DNA of 64,000 nucleotides from Eledone cirrhosa (Eukaryota): NCBI GenBank assembly GCA_964016885.1, contig OZ024741.1, positions 358,670,001 to 358,734,000 of the forward strand, read 5' to 3'. Shown piece by piece: positions 23,823 to 34,943 of this stretch (position 1 is its first letter; each line of letters starts with the position of its first letter). The notes under the pieces were generated by a model. It saw only the letters and a program-made list of their open reading frames with translations, ran no database searches and was not told where the DNA came from. The position numbers and the translations under genes were made by a program.

Positions 23823-26800
23823 CTAGCAGTTTAGCCTGGCGTTGCTCGGGTTTGTTCATTCGCTATGAAAAGTTACATACAGGTAAACGTGGCTTGAAAG
23901 CGAATAAGCTTATCAATCAAGTGCATAAAGCCGTTGAACCGGTTATTAAAAGTTACGAACTAATTAGCATTTTGGACAATCACTGATGAGTTAATAATCT
24001 TCCAATAGCAAAGTTAGTAGACCAAATTTGCAAGATGGTGTCCCTGATGCCGCTGGGTGTCAGATCTGTCTGCCATGGGATACCCTACCATGAAATAGTG
24101 TTCCAGACGGCATAGCTCCAACACCTGCACCAACATCTATAGCACCTCTTTGTAGACGATATTGCATGTCATCCCTTGAGGAGTGTAAGCAAAAAGTCCA
24201 TTCCTGCTCCCTACGCGGGAACAGGCAACATAAAGTTGGCCATGGGAGAAGCATGGCTCCCCCAAATGGATGCCCGCCACCGACAATGTTTGCCCTTGCG
24301 ACTTGTTAATGGACATGGCAAAACATGGTCTCACCGGGAATTGGGATCGCCGGAAATTGAACGGGATATCTGACGCCGAGGGGAAAAGGTTCATCCTTGG
24401 AATGAAAACATTCTCCCGCACCCCGTTACAATGGTGGCCTCAATCAAGTGGAGTGTCAGTGACTTGACGACCATGCGAGTACCGTTGCACTGCTTTGGTG
24501 GACGCAAGTTCCTTATTAGCATAATGGGACAGCCAACCCTAAGCTTAATAATGTGAGGTGGGAGCCCTGGGGGCTTAAGGGAATTTAATAACTCAACGAT
24601 ATATATTAATGATATCGTCGGGGTCTGACGTCCGGTCGATAGATTTGAAGATGTGTTCTTTACCGGGAATATTCGCAATCAGCTGCTCGTTAATAAAATT
24701 AACCATGGTATTTTTCGGAGCAAGGATGGCTCATTCGCTGAGCCAATCGAGGTTTTTAAAGTTAGATGAGACATCAGGAAAAACTTCTTCCCAAAGGTCA
24801 GATGGGCTGCTCACAATGTTGCACAGGGAGTCGATTGCTATGCCGCCCTTGTCATCCGCAGGGACCTTGCCCTCACCAAGTGCTAAAATGTTCTGAGCAA
24901 ATGCTGCAGACATGTTGTCACCATGTAAATGAGCACGCATATTTGTGCTCAGGCACAAACTCTTCAACTGGAGCCACAACATAGACGACTTAAGGCACGC
25001 ACACATTTCATCAGCTCTTGTCCCTTTGGGGATGACAGGCAGCATTTGCCGAAAATCCCCTGATAGCAGAAGGGTTACGCCACCCATAGGAGCCGTAGAA
25101 TCCCTAATGTCTTTCAGGGTGCCATTGTGCACTCATCCCAAACAATGAGGCAACATCTTTTGAGAACCAGAGCTTTGTGTGAACTCTTGCTGATATTGCA
25201 TACTGTTATCTCAGTTTTTACTAAATCCAAAGGGAGTTTAAAGGTTGAATGTGCTGTCATGCCTCCCTGTAGCAAAGTAGCAGCGATCCTGGATGATGCA
25301 ACGGACAACGCAACTATTTTCTCTCCTGACGAATCTTAGCAAGAATCAATTTCATTACAAAAGTTTTTCCGGTACCCCCAGGAGCGTTTTTCATGGGGGG
25401 TGAGGGGGTATGGAGGAGTGCGGGGGGGGGGGGGTATTTGGAATCCGTTTTTTATTTGGGAGGTGTCCGTTTTTTATGGGGGTCCGTTTTTATGGGGGGG
25501 GGGTTATGGGGTCCGTTTTTTATTGGGGGGAGGGGGCGTTTTTTTATTTGGAATCCGTTTTTATTTGGGGGGGGGGGTCCGTTTTTATTGGGGGGTCCTT
25601 TTTTATGGGGGGGGGCTATCAGTTTTTTATTGGGGTGGGCTCGGTTTTTTATTGGGGGGATCCGGTTTTTATGAGGGGGTGATCCGTTATTTAGGGGGGA
25701 TCCGTTTTTTATTTGGGGGGTGGGGGTCCATTTTTTATTGGTGGGGAGGATCAACCAATTCACACTTTTGAAGCAAACTGGCAAAGAGTTCCCGTAGACC
25801 TTTAGGTGATTTCAACAAAGCACCCTCTGCTAAAGTGGAATCCCATTGCGAATCATCTTCCAAAAGACCTCACTTAAAGCAGGCTTCCCGGTACGTATCA
25901 CATATTTCTCCAACAGTTTTGAGGTCCTGAAAACTTTGTGGGCCTACAACCTCATGCAGAAGAAGGCGGAGATGAAAGCACTGATGCTGACTTGGGGGCA
26001 CAGTGTAAACCCTTCCAAGTGTTTTTCGACCATATAAAGTAGGATGGAACCTGGGGGTACACAATTGTTTGCGCAAATATATCGAACTGGTAAAGTTTGA
26101 AGAAACCCGTCAGAGTGATCTCTTTCGGATCGGCGGCCAGCTTCGTGGCGGTTTGGTCCGTAAAGTAAACCCTTTGCCCATTTTCCAAATGTACCGCAAA
26201 CTGTACGATGGCGGGGTGCTGTTGGTGTAGGGATAAACCAAATAGGCGCCAAAAAGCTTCATTGCTACTGATGTACCGCCCCGCCAGGTATTCTGTGACC
26301 TCGTCCCTGCTATTTGCAGCTTGAAATGCGAACATTGCGGCATCAGAGCCCTTATTTACATATTTGCATATGTATTTTATCGACTTGACGGAGTTGCAAA
26401 ACTCAACGTTGATGTGGGCGTTGAACATCTTCAAGAGAAGCGGGCAGTAAGGGACCACCCATCTATTGTCGACTTGGCCTCCCTTTACTGTTGTGGTGAA
26501 GTCACCGTTCTCGGGCCGTCTCCGCCTGTACAGGGGGTACTCGTCGCCACCAGTCTGAGTCTGGTCAACAAATTTTTTGGGGTATCCCTTACTGCACGAC
26601 CCCCCCCCCCCTTTCAGACACATGTGATGCTCATTAGGACCCAACGCACACAGACCATATTAGCTTTGACGATGTCATGTAATTCCTGGTCAGTTGCTGG
26701 GTTAGGGATTTCAGCCGAAATGAAGCTGTCTATGGCATTTGAATTGATTTTATCAGCTAACCAAATCAAAATGTGAGCATGTGGCAGCCCTCGTTTTTGC

Positions 26801-27462
26801 TATTCGACGGTGAACATGTCACATTTTACAGCCCAAAATACCTGACCCTTTTTGATTAAAGCCATGAGATTAGCCAGTTTCAGTCTGAACACTCTGGCAA
26901 TGAGGTCATGTCTGTTCGAATAATTTTGCCCAGGAAAAAGTTCACGGGTTACATTCCGATTCATATGTCTATAGCATTAATCTGTTATATGAAGTGTTTT
27001 TTTTTGTGGGTTGTTATTTGCAATAAGCCGATTAAAAATGCCCCAGATAAGCCGTATGTCAATACGGAACACTCAATATGGAACGCTCAATACGGAACGC
27101 TCCACTGCAGTGTTGTCATATAGGGAGTGAAGAGCGACAGAGCGAGTAAAGCAGTTAAATTATAGAGAGAGGGAATATATGGAACACTCCATTTGATCAT
27201 ACACACTGTTTCTCTCTCTACAGTGTTGTCATATAGGGAGTGAAGAGCGACAGAGAGAGCAAAGCAGTTAAATTATAGCGAGGGGGAATGATCATGATCG
27301 ATTTTTGCCCTTATTGTTGATGGATTTGAAATTTCTTTGCCTCATGACCTTTTCCTGACCAAAAGCAATAATTTCACGACTTTGAATAGAATCCGTTGGA
27401 AACTGTGGACGTGCATACGTTACAAACCTTAACACACACATCCTCAGATTTATATATATAGA
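23823..27462 (-). mobile_element. Decayed autonomous-type Helitron (Rep HUH + PIF1-like helicase)
   Basis: Minus strand 5' TCTATATATATAAATCTGAGG, 3' CCCGAGCAACGCCAGG hairpin + CTAG. Rep motifs E*QKRGLPHAHILIW and KYICKYVNKG; helicase motifs APGGTGKT, IVWDECTM, SGDFRQMLPV, INKSQGQTL, HGQLYVACSRV. Many frameshifts. Confidence 0.95.
25393..25745. repeat. G/T-rich ~20-25 bp minisatellite inside the Helitron
   Basis: Repeated G(n)-ATCCG/TCCG-T(n)-ATT units with variable homopolymer lengths. Confidence 0.85.
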
Positions 27463-27503
27463 TTTAACAATGGCATTTATTTATCTATTTATATATTTAA
27501 TAA

Positions 27504-28945
27504 TTGGCAATTCCTTATAACCTCGCCAGAAGGATCTGCACAATAGTTTCAGATAAATACACATGTTACACGCGACTAGAAGAATTAAAAAACACACTTA
27601 TCAGCAGAAACTACCCACCATCCCTAATCAACAATGGATTCCAACGTGCCCTAAAACTAGACATCCAGGAACTCAGACACCCCAAACCCAGGAATGAATC
27701 GCAACAAAAAACTGTACCATACATCTCCGCACACAACCCCCTCAACAATGAGGCATTCGACACCATCCTCCAGAACATTCATTTACTAAAAGAGACCCAA
27801 GAATGAACAAAATCCTCCAAACACACAACATCATAAAGAGCAAATGACAACCTAAATCCATAAAAAACATCCTCACACAAGCCAAAATTCAACAAACCCT
27901 CACAATGAACCCTACAGTAACAAAATGCGGAAGGCCCAACTGTGGCATATGCATAAATCTAATAGAAGGTTCAACATTCCATTTTAAACAAGGACAGCGT
28001 TTCACAGTTAAACACAACTTTACATGTGCATCTGAAAACCTAATCTATGTTTTGACCTGCTCAGATTGTCAAGAGCACTACATAGGACAGACAAAAAACA
28101 GCCTCCATCAACGTATGACCGTCCATAAATCACAAATTAAAATACAGGAATACAGAAAGATTGCATTTAGTGAATATATCGCCAATTGTGCTCACAACCA
28201 ACATCCAAACTTTAAAATTTTCCCCATTTACAAATTCATAGACAACGCTACTTTCATCCAACGTAATAAGGAAACATATTTCATTAAAAAATTCCAACCT
28301 CTACTTAATGCTCTAAAATTCGGACCAATCTAAAACTGCAACAATCAAACATTTACAAGAGTTATCTCCCTCACACCCTACCTAATGCTTTTTCTTAAAT
28401 AAATTAAATATCATCCAGCAAGAATTGCTTCCCCCTGCATATTAACTCTCTAAAAAGGAAAATCATATCAAACCTCAGTCCACCACTTGCCGCCATCATG
28501 GAATCATGGATCAACTAATCACTCTTGCTATATTAACACATTTTGATCTGCTTAACTTCAAGAACTATGCCTGTAAATAACATTATTTTTTCTTTCACAG
28601 TGACGTTTTATGGTCTACATTACGCCGGTTTTTTTTCTTTTTACTTCATAAACATTATTCTTTCTGCACCTTCTCTATAACATGTGCGACACCACACTAA
28701 TACATTTCACTATCATTTGATAATGCATAAAAATGCTGAAACCGGTAATAGACAATTATTAAATATATAAATAGATAAATAAATGTCATTGTTAAATAAT
28801 AAATAAATCAACTAATACCTTAACACTTCACACAAAGTAAAACATTTCGTTTTAATCATTTTCTAACCCAGAAAAAAGAGAGAGAGAAACAAAAAAGGAA
28901 AAAAAAATATTTTTCTTCTTAATAATCGTCTCTTTCATCCTGTTT

Positions 28946-28950
<5 letters not shown>
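27504..28950 (+). mobile_element. 5'-truncated Penelope-like element (Neptune-like: RT thumb, Cys linker, C-terminal GIY-YIG) with 3' pLTR
   Basis: AIPYNLARRICTIVSD...RNYP thumb; KCGRPNCGIC linker; NLIYVLTCSDCQEHYIGQT..LHQRMTVH GIY-YIG. The 3' region 28753-28950 has an inverted copy at 23670-23822 + 27463-27506. Confidence 0.88.
28712..28752 (+). ncRNA. Degenerate minimal hammerhead motif in the PLE pLTR
   Basis: TTGATAA (core with two changes from CTGATGA)-T-GCAT AAAA ATGC-T-GAAA-CCGG-TA. Palindromic stem III as in minimal PLE hammerheads. Confidence 0.5.
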
Positions 28951-28993
<43 letters not shown>

Positions 28994-29005
<12 letters not shown>

Positions 29006-29344
29006 GTATTACATGGCTCGGACAGATTCCCTTCCTTGAGCTATTTAATTGTAAAAGACTATTTTGAGTTTCTAACTCAATCTATGATATATATATATAT
29101 ATATATCATAGATTGAGTTAGAAACTCAAAATAGTCTTTTACAATTAAATAGCTCAAGGAAGGGAATCTGTCCGAGCCATGTAATACAATTGAATATATG
29201 AGAAGGATGAACACCGATACAATTATACATGTGTTCGAATTGCAAATGACCAAGTTAACTAGGTTGTAGCTAACTTGGTCATTTGTAATTCGAACACATG
29301 TATAATTGTATCGGTGTTCATCCCTCTCATATATTCAATTGTAT
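28994..29344. repeat. Two overlapping long palindromes
   Basis: 28994-29199 is a perfect inverted repeat centred on (TA)n; 29184-29344 is a near-perfect inverted repeat centred at ~29264. Confidence 0.92.
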
Positions 29345-29353
29345 ATATATATA

Positions 29354-30580
29354 CAAAGTATGTCCTAAAAGTAAAGGTACTGGTGTTTTATTACATACAT
29401 GAAATTACAAGTTATCTCCTTCAAAATATAACCCTTGGGGAATCACACAATGATTTCAACATTTTTTCCATTGATTGTAACAATACTGGAAGTCATTTTT
29501 TGTGGGTGTCATTAGTTCGTCGATTACAGTTTTTTATATATTTTCTACAGTCTCAAAATGACATATCAACTTCGATTTCAACTCTGGGAAGAGGTAGAAA
29601 TCACACAGAGCTAGATCTGGGCTGTAGGGAGGATGTGGACGAGTGGGAATGTTTTTCTTTGCAAGAAATTCTCTAATTGAAAGTGCTGTGTGAGCAAGCA
29701 CGTTATGGTACAGTATCCAATCTCTTGCAATTAACTGTCTGTCTTGGAGGTAAAAATTCTTTCTGAACAATACCACAGCTGTTGAACAAAATGATAATCA
29801 TTGTTTTTACCCTGGATCGGCTTACGTGTGTATTCTTAAGCCAAGGAGAATCTTTTAGTTGCCACTCCTGACTTTGCTGTTACGTCTCTAGATCATACTC
29901 GAACACCCATGATTCATCTCCTGTTATTACTTTATCCAAGAAATTTGGCTCAATTTCAAGTCTTTCTAGCAAATCCTGCGAAATTTCCAACCAGTTCACT
30001 CTTTGCTCCACAGATAAGTGTGTGGGCACTAATTTTACATAAAGTTTTTGCATGTGCAAATGATCTGTTAAAATTCTGTGGGCTGTATTTGTATCCAAGC
30101 CTGCTTCTCCTGCAATCATCCTAAGATGTATTCAGCAATCTTTCACCATCACCACTCACACCACTTTCACATTTTGTTCATTTGTTGATGAGATTGGCTT
30201 TCCAGATTGAGGTTCGTCTTCAACATTTTCTCAGCCTTCTTTGAAAGCTTTGTGCCACTTAAAAACCTTACTTCTTAGAGTGGCATCTCTATAAGTTTGT
30301 ATTCAAGAATTAAATGTTTTGGTGGCAGATTTGTTGAGTTTCACACAAAATTTGATTGTATACTGTTATTCAATATTTTCTTGCATCACAAATGTATCAG
30401 AAGTTATAAACACATCTGTACATTAACAGCAATAACTCAAAACTGACTATCGATTATGTTGAAACACGTATGTACATGAGCCAAAGTCATAATCAACATG
30501 CATATATACATCAAAGATGTGCTGCATTACCATGTCACACATAGGAAAATCAGTACTCTTACTTTTGGGACAAAAACTCA
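29354..30580 (-). mobile_element. Defective DD34D mariner transposon
   Basis: TA-flanked inverted ends (TGTCCTAAAAGTAAAGGTACTG / CAGTACTCTTACTTTTGGGACA). Transposase motifs ITGDESWVFEYD and HPPYSPDLALCDFYLF. Confidence 0.9.
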
Positions 30581-30964
30581 TATATATATATATATATATA
30601 GATAGATATATTTCTTTATTAGCCACAAGGGCTCACAAGAAAAGGGGACAAAACAAGGACACATGTCGGGGATTTTACATACAATCATGTAAAAATATGA
30701 AACAAACAAATATAACAATCGAAATCCCCAATAGCGGGGAGGCGTCACAAATGTTTAATACTCCGTAGATAGAACAACCCTCAACTTCAGGAGCGTGTTA
30801 TGCAAGTGCTCTTTTCTTCCATTTGCCCTCTTCTTCAACCTACAGGTTTATATACAGAGAAGGCCCAAAGATAGATAGTTTTATCATCATCATTGTTTAA
30901 CGTCCATCTTCCATGCTAGCTAGGATTCTTATGTAGCAAGTAGATAACTTTAACACATCTCTTT

Positions 30965-31060
30965 TATTTTACACATGTTTCAGTAATAAGGAAAAGCAAA
31001 CTATACTTGATCATTTTCATTAATCAATTGCTTTTACTCATCACCTCTTCAGGAGTAATA
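30965..31060 (-). ncRNA. Hammerhead ribozyme-like motif with long stem II; inverted partner at 32035-32565 interrupted by a solo LTR
   Basis: Minus strand: CTGAAGA-[GGTGATGAG-TAAAAGCAA...TTGCTTTT-CCTTATTACT]-GAAA-CATGTG-TA; stem I degraded. The partner begins CTGATGAGGGGATG at 32042. Confidence 0.55.
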
Positions 31061-31231
31061 AAAGAAATATTAAAAGTGTCATGGAGAATAACAATAAAAA
31101 TTAATAAAATTAAAATAAAAGTAAAAGGCACAATATAAGAGGTAATAATGCCCACTCATATTTTAACAGGCGGTCTAAGGCATAAGGTAATCACAACTTA
31201 AAAAAAAAAACTAAATCGAGATAATCTATAA

Positions 31232-31598
31232 TAATTGTTTCTACTTTTGGCACAAGGCCAGCAATTATACTGGTACTTTATTTTATCGACCCCGTAAGGA
31301 TGAAAGGCAAAGTTAACCTCGGCGGGATTTGAACTCAGATCATAAAGGGAGGTAACTCTATGCTTCAAAGCATGGCGCCCGACCCTCTACCGATACTGCC
31401 AATCCACCTAATAATTGTTTCTACTTTTGGCACAAGGCCAAAAATTACCCAGTACATTACTGGTACTTTATTTTATCCACCCCGTAAGGATGAAAGGCAA
31501 AGTTAACCTCGGCGGGATTTGAACTCAGACCGTAAAAAGACGTATCTATGCTGGAAAGCATGGCGTCCGACTCTCTACCGATACTGCCAATTCACCGC
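31232..31598 (-). mobile_element. Tandem dimer of the tRNA-derived SINE flanked by 83-bp direct repeats
   Basis: Two head-to-tail copies (31232-31408, 31409-31598); 31149-31231 is repeated at 31599-31681. Confidence 0.88.
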
Positions 31599-32104
31599 TG
31601 CCCACTCATATTTTAACAGGCGGTCTAAGGCATCAGGTAATCACAACTTTAAAAAAATAAATAAATCGAGATAATCTATAAGTATTTATTGTAATTGATT
31701 TATATATTAAGACAATCCTAGCAAACATTACAATCGAAAATAGAAAGCAAGAGTATATAAACAAAAACCAAAACGTAGGCAGCCATATGTATACATACAT
31801 AAATGCTCTTATATATATAGTGAAGAATAGGTATGCAAAATGGGATTTTAAAACAATTTATCTGGACATTTTTATTACAAAACGTACAAATTTACCGCCT
31901 AAATAAGCTTACCTAAATATGCCTTACACATGAGTGGATGTTGTTATGTATTATATTGTGTTTTTTAACTTTTATTTTTTAAATTATTTTATTGTTATTC
32001 GCCACTCTCAGGCAGTCTTTTACCTTTACCCTTATTATTGCTGATGAGGGGATGTGTAAAAGTAATTAATTACTTGAAATTATCAATTATGGATTGCTTC
32101 TCCT

Positions 32105-32537
32105 TATAACAGAATACTGGGGTGTAGGAATATAACAGGAGACTCAGTTGTATGTACAATGTTTATTTAACATGGTTGAGTTATGTAGAGCAGAATGGTT
32201 GACATGTCAAGAGTAGATGAAAGAAATGAAGTAAAATTATTTGTTACCGTTTTGAAGTCATCTCGCAAGAGACCAAGTGGTCTTTACATTATCATGTTCA
32301 GGTTGCCAGAGAGTATAGCTTCGGCGAACGCGCCTGGCCGAAGACGCCTGGCCGAAGGGCCAGGCTAGTTAGAAGAGAGAGAGAGAGAGCTGAAAGTTAT
32401 TCCTTTTATAGGGTCCCAGGACGGAAGTGACAAAGAAGGCTCTGCAACCACAACGGGAAGTAACTCCAGCTACTTCCCGTCTAGAGAGCGCTACTGAGGT
32501 TGTGATCGTCACAACAAGGGAGGCAACCCTTGCTACA
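32105..32537 (-). mobile_element. Solo LTR (probably Gypsy-like) with 4-bp TSD TCCT
   Basis: Minus strand TGTAG...TGTTATA (probably mutated TACA), with TATAAAA and AATAAA on the minus strand. TCCT at 32101-32104 and 32538-32541; removing the insert restores similarity to 30965-31000. Confidence 0.65.
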
Positions 32538-32588
32538 TCCTCATTACCAAAATATGTGCATAGAATAAATTGTTATTGTATGTATGTA

Positions 32589-32663
<75 letters not shown>

Positions 32664-32705
32664 TTTATAACCAATACCACTAACCATATATGTTTATCTT
32701 TACAG

Positions 32706-32800
32706 CTGCCATCAGAGCATTGAAACCAATGTTTGTAGTATCTGTTGCTCTTGCAGTGTCTTGCCATTTCTACATCCTCAGCATATCCAGCTTCGTGTAG
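32706..32800 (+). CDS. Terminal coding exon: GPI-anchor-like hydrophobic tail (AAIRALKPMFVVSVALAVSCHFYILSISSFV*)
   Basis: TTTATCTTTACAG acceptor, phase 1, hydrophobic stretch running to TAG at 32798-32800, AATAAA at 32802. Confidence 0.7.
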
Positions 32801-32853
32801 AAATAAAATACAAAACAGAAATTTGTGAAACCTTTCTTTCTTTTTAACAGTAA

Positions 32854-33090
32854 CCCTTTTGTTACCATATTTGTAATGAAAGACACTGCCAATGTGTTTT
32901 AATTAATTTTAAAAATAATGAAAGTTATGAAAAAAATCAGTAAAATAACTAACTTTTGCATTACTAAGCTTATGTTTGGAACTTAAATAAAATTATGATT
33001 GGAGGTTTTAATATAAGTATGAACATTTTCAAATGGGGAGTATTGTATCATAGAACCAGAGCAGTTTCAGGCAATTTGGTATCAAAAGGG
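32854..33090. mobile_element. piggyBac-type MITE
   Basis: TAA|CCCTTTTGTTACCA ... TGGTATCAAAAGGG|TTAA inverted ends. Confidence 0.7.
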
Positions 33091-33433
33091 TTAATACATA
33101 TAATTCTTTCTACATTGATTAGATGTGAATATTCTGCTTTCATCCAAATTAAACGTTGCCACATACTCACTAATATCTAATTTCAGTTCTATACACTCTA
33201 AATCAAATCTTGCCAAAGTCAAATTTGCCTTTCATTCTTTTGGGGGTTGATATATAAAGTACCAATCTAGGGTGATGGATTAGCGGAATAGCATTGAAAG
33301 AGATTCCTTGTAGTATATCTGTTTCAGTTCTTTACCTTCTGAATTTAAACCGCACCTCCTGTTGCAGAGAAAAGAAAATATTCCCTTGGGAACTAGCAGA
33401 GATTGTGATGAGCTTGGTTGAAAAAGACCTTAA

Positions 33434-33654
33434 CCCTTTAGCATTTAAACTGGCTGTATCCAGCCAGAATTCTCTCACCTCTTTCTGTTCAAACTGGCCA
33501 TAACTGGCTGCTCATACTTATGTTAAAGTATTGTTTTCAAAATAAATAATATCAAAATCTCATAGATTCGATATTATGTGAGAGAATTGTGTGAAGTAAA
33601 GTGTTTACCATGAAAATACAATAGTAAATATAGAGTAATGTAAATGCTAAAGGG
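33434..33654. mobile_element. piggyBac-type MITE (same family as 460-660)
   Basis: TTAA|CCCTTTAGCATTTA ... TAAATGCTAAAGGG|TTA. Confidence 0.75.
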
Positions 33655-34565
33655 TTACGCAAATGCCCATCTTCAACTGGTTAATCTCATTGCCAGCACA
33701 CCAGTTATCAGGAGAGGATGCAAAGGGACATTTGAGTTTCCTGGCCTCTCTTCTTTTTCTCTTCATACTAACATCCCAAATATATCTTACAGTATCATAC
33801 TAACAATCAAAATAAATTTTACCACGTTCATACTAACAATCAAAATAATTATTATCATAGTCATACTAACAATCAAATTAAATTTTACCACGTTCATACT
33901 AACTGCCAAATATTTTATCGTGTGCATGCTAACAACCATAATATATCTTAACATAAGATCAGAGGAAATTTTTATTTTCAATAAAGTTCAATAAAGTTCT
34001 TGGATTGAGTTTATTCATTTTTGTTAACCGAAGTAAATGAAGTCAAAGGTGTCTATGTTTCGTGGGTATTTATTGTTCTAGTTTCCTGTCCAAATTTCAT
34101 GTGCCGTTTCTGCATTCTGTTTACAGTCCTTTCAAAATCAAAATATTATTATTTGCCACTCAGAGACAATGGGTCCATTTTCTGCATCATTGAGTATTGA
34201 TTGGGCTACCTCGGATACATTTACTCATATTGCTTTCACGCAGCGATAACTTTGATAAATTCCATTGTTGATGATGGTGATAATGATAATATATATGTAT
34301 ATGTAGCAGTAACACATTTGCTTTTCATCATTATTATTTGAAGCGATATTCAAGACTTGCTTTATTGCAGAAAAGCTGTGTAAAAGTGTTTTTGTTGCAG
34401 CTGCACTGTCTGATTATTTGATACCTGACTTTCTGTACACAATGAGCAAATGATCCTCCCCGCCAGAAGCAGAAAAAAAATCCGTACAGGATCTGTACAA
34501 CTTCAAAGAAAACAAATGCTTCTTGACAACATTCAACAGCACATTTTTCAATATGGAATATGGAA

Positions 34566-34943
34566 ATAATTGTTTCTACTTTAGGCACAAGGCCAGCAAT
34601 TATCCAGTGCATTACTGGTACTTTATTTTATCGACTCCGTAAGGATGAAAGGCAAAGTTAACTTCGGCGGGATTTGAACTCAGATCGTAAAGGGACGTAA
34701 CTATGCTGGAAAGCATGGCGTCCGACCCTCTACCGATACTGCCAATCCAATGGTTTCTGCTTTAGACACATGGCCAACAATTTTGGCCGAGGAGAAAGCC
34801 GATTAAATCGACTGCAGTGCGTTACTGGAAATAATTGTTTCTACTTTTGGCACAAGGCCAGCAATTACTCAGTGCATTACTGGTACTTTATTTTATCGAC
34901 CCCGGAAGGATGAAAGGCAAAGTTAACCTCGGCATGATTTGAA
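34566..34943 (-). mobile_element. Tandem tRNA-SINE copies (one full, two partial)
   Basis: Same consensus as 53131-53319, in reverse orientation. Confidence 0.85.

Noticed and set aside
25393-25784. Gly-rich / Pro-Lys-rich ORFs
   Set aside because: Low-complexity G/T minisatellite that is open in several frames.
30846-30875. Alternative terminal exon after the pyrimidine tract ending CCTACAG
   Set aside because: It would give only GLYTEKAQR* in phase 1 and lies among repeat debris, with no independent support. RNA-seq could revisit it as a secreted isoform.
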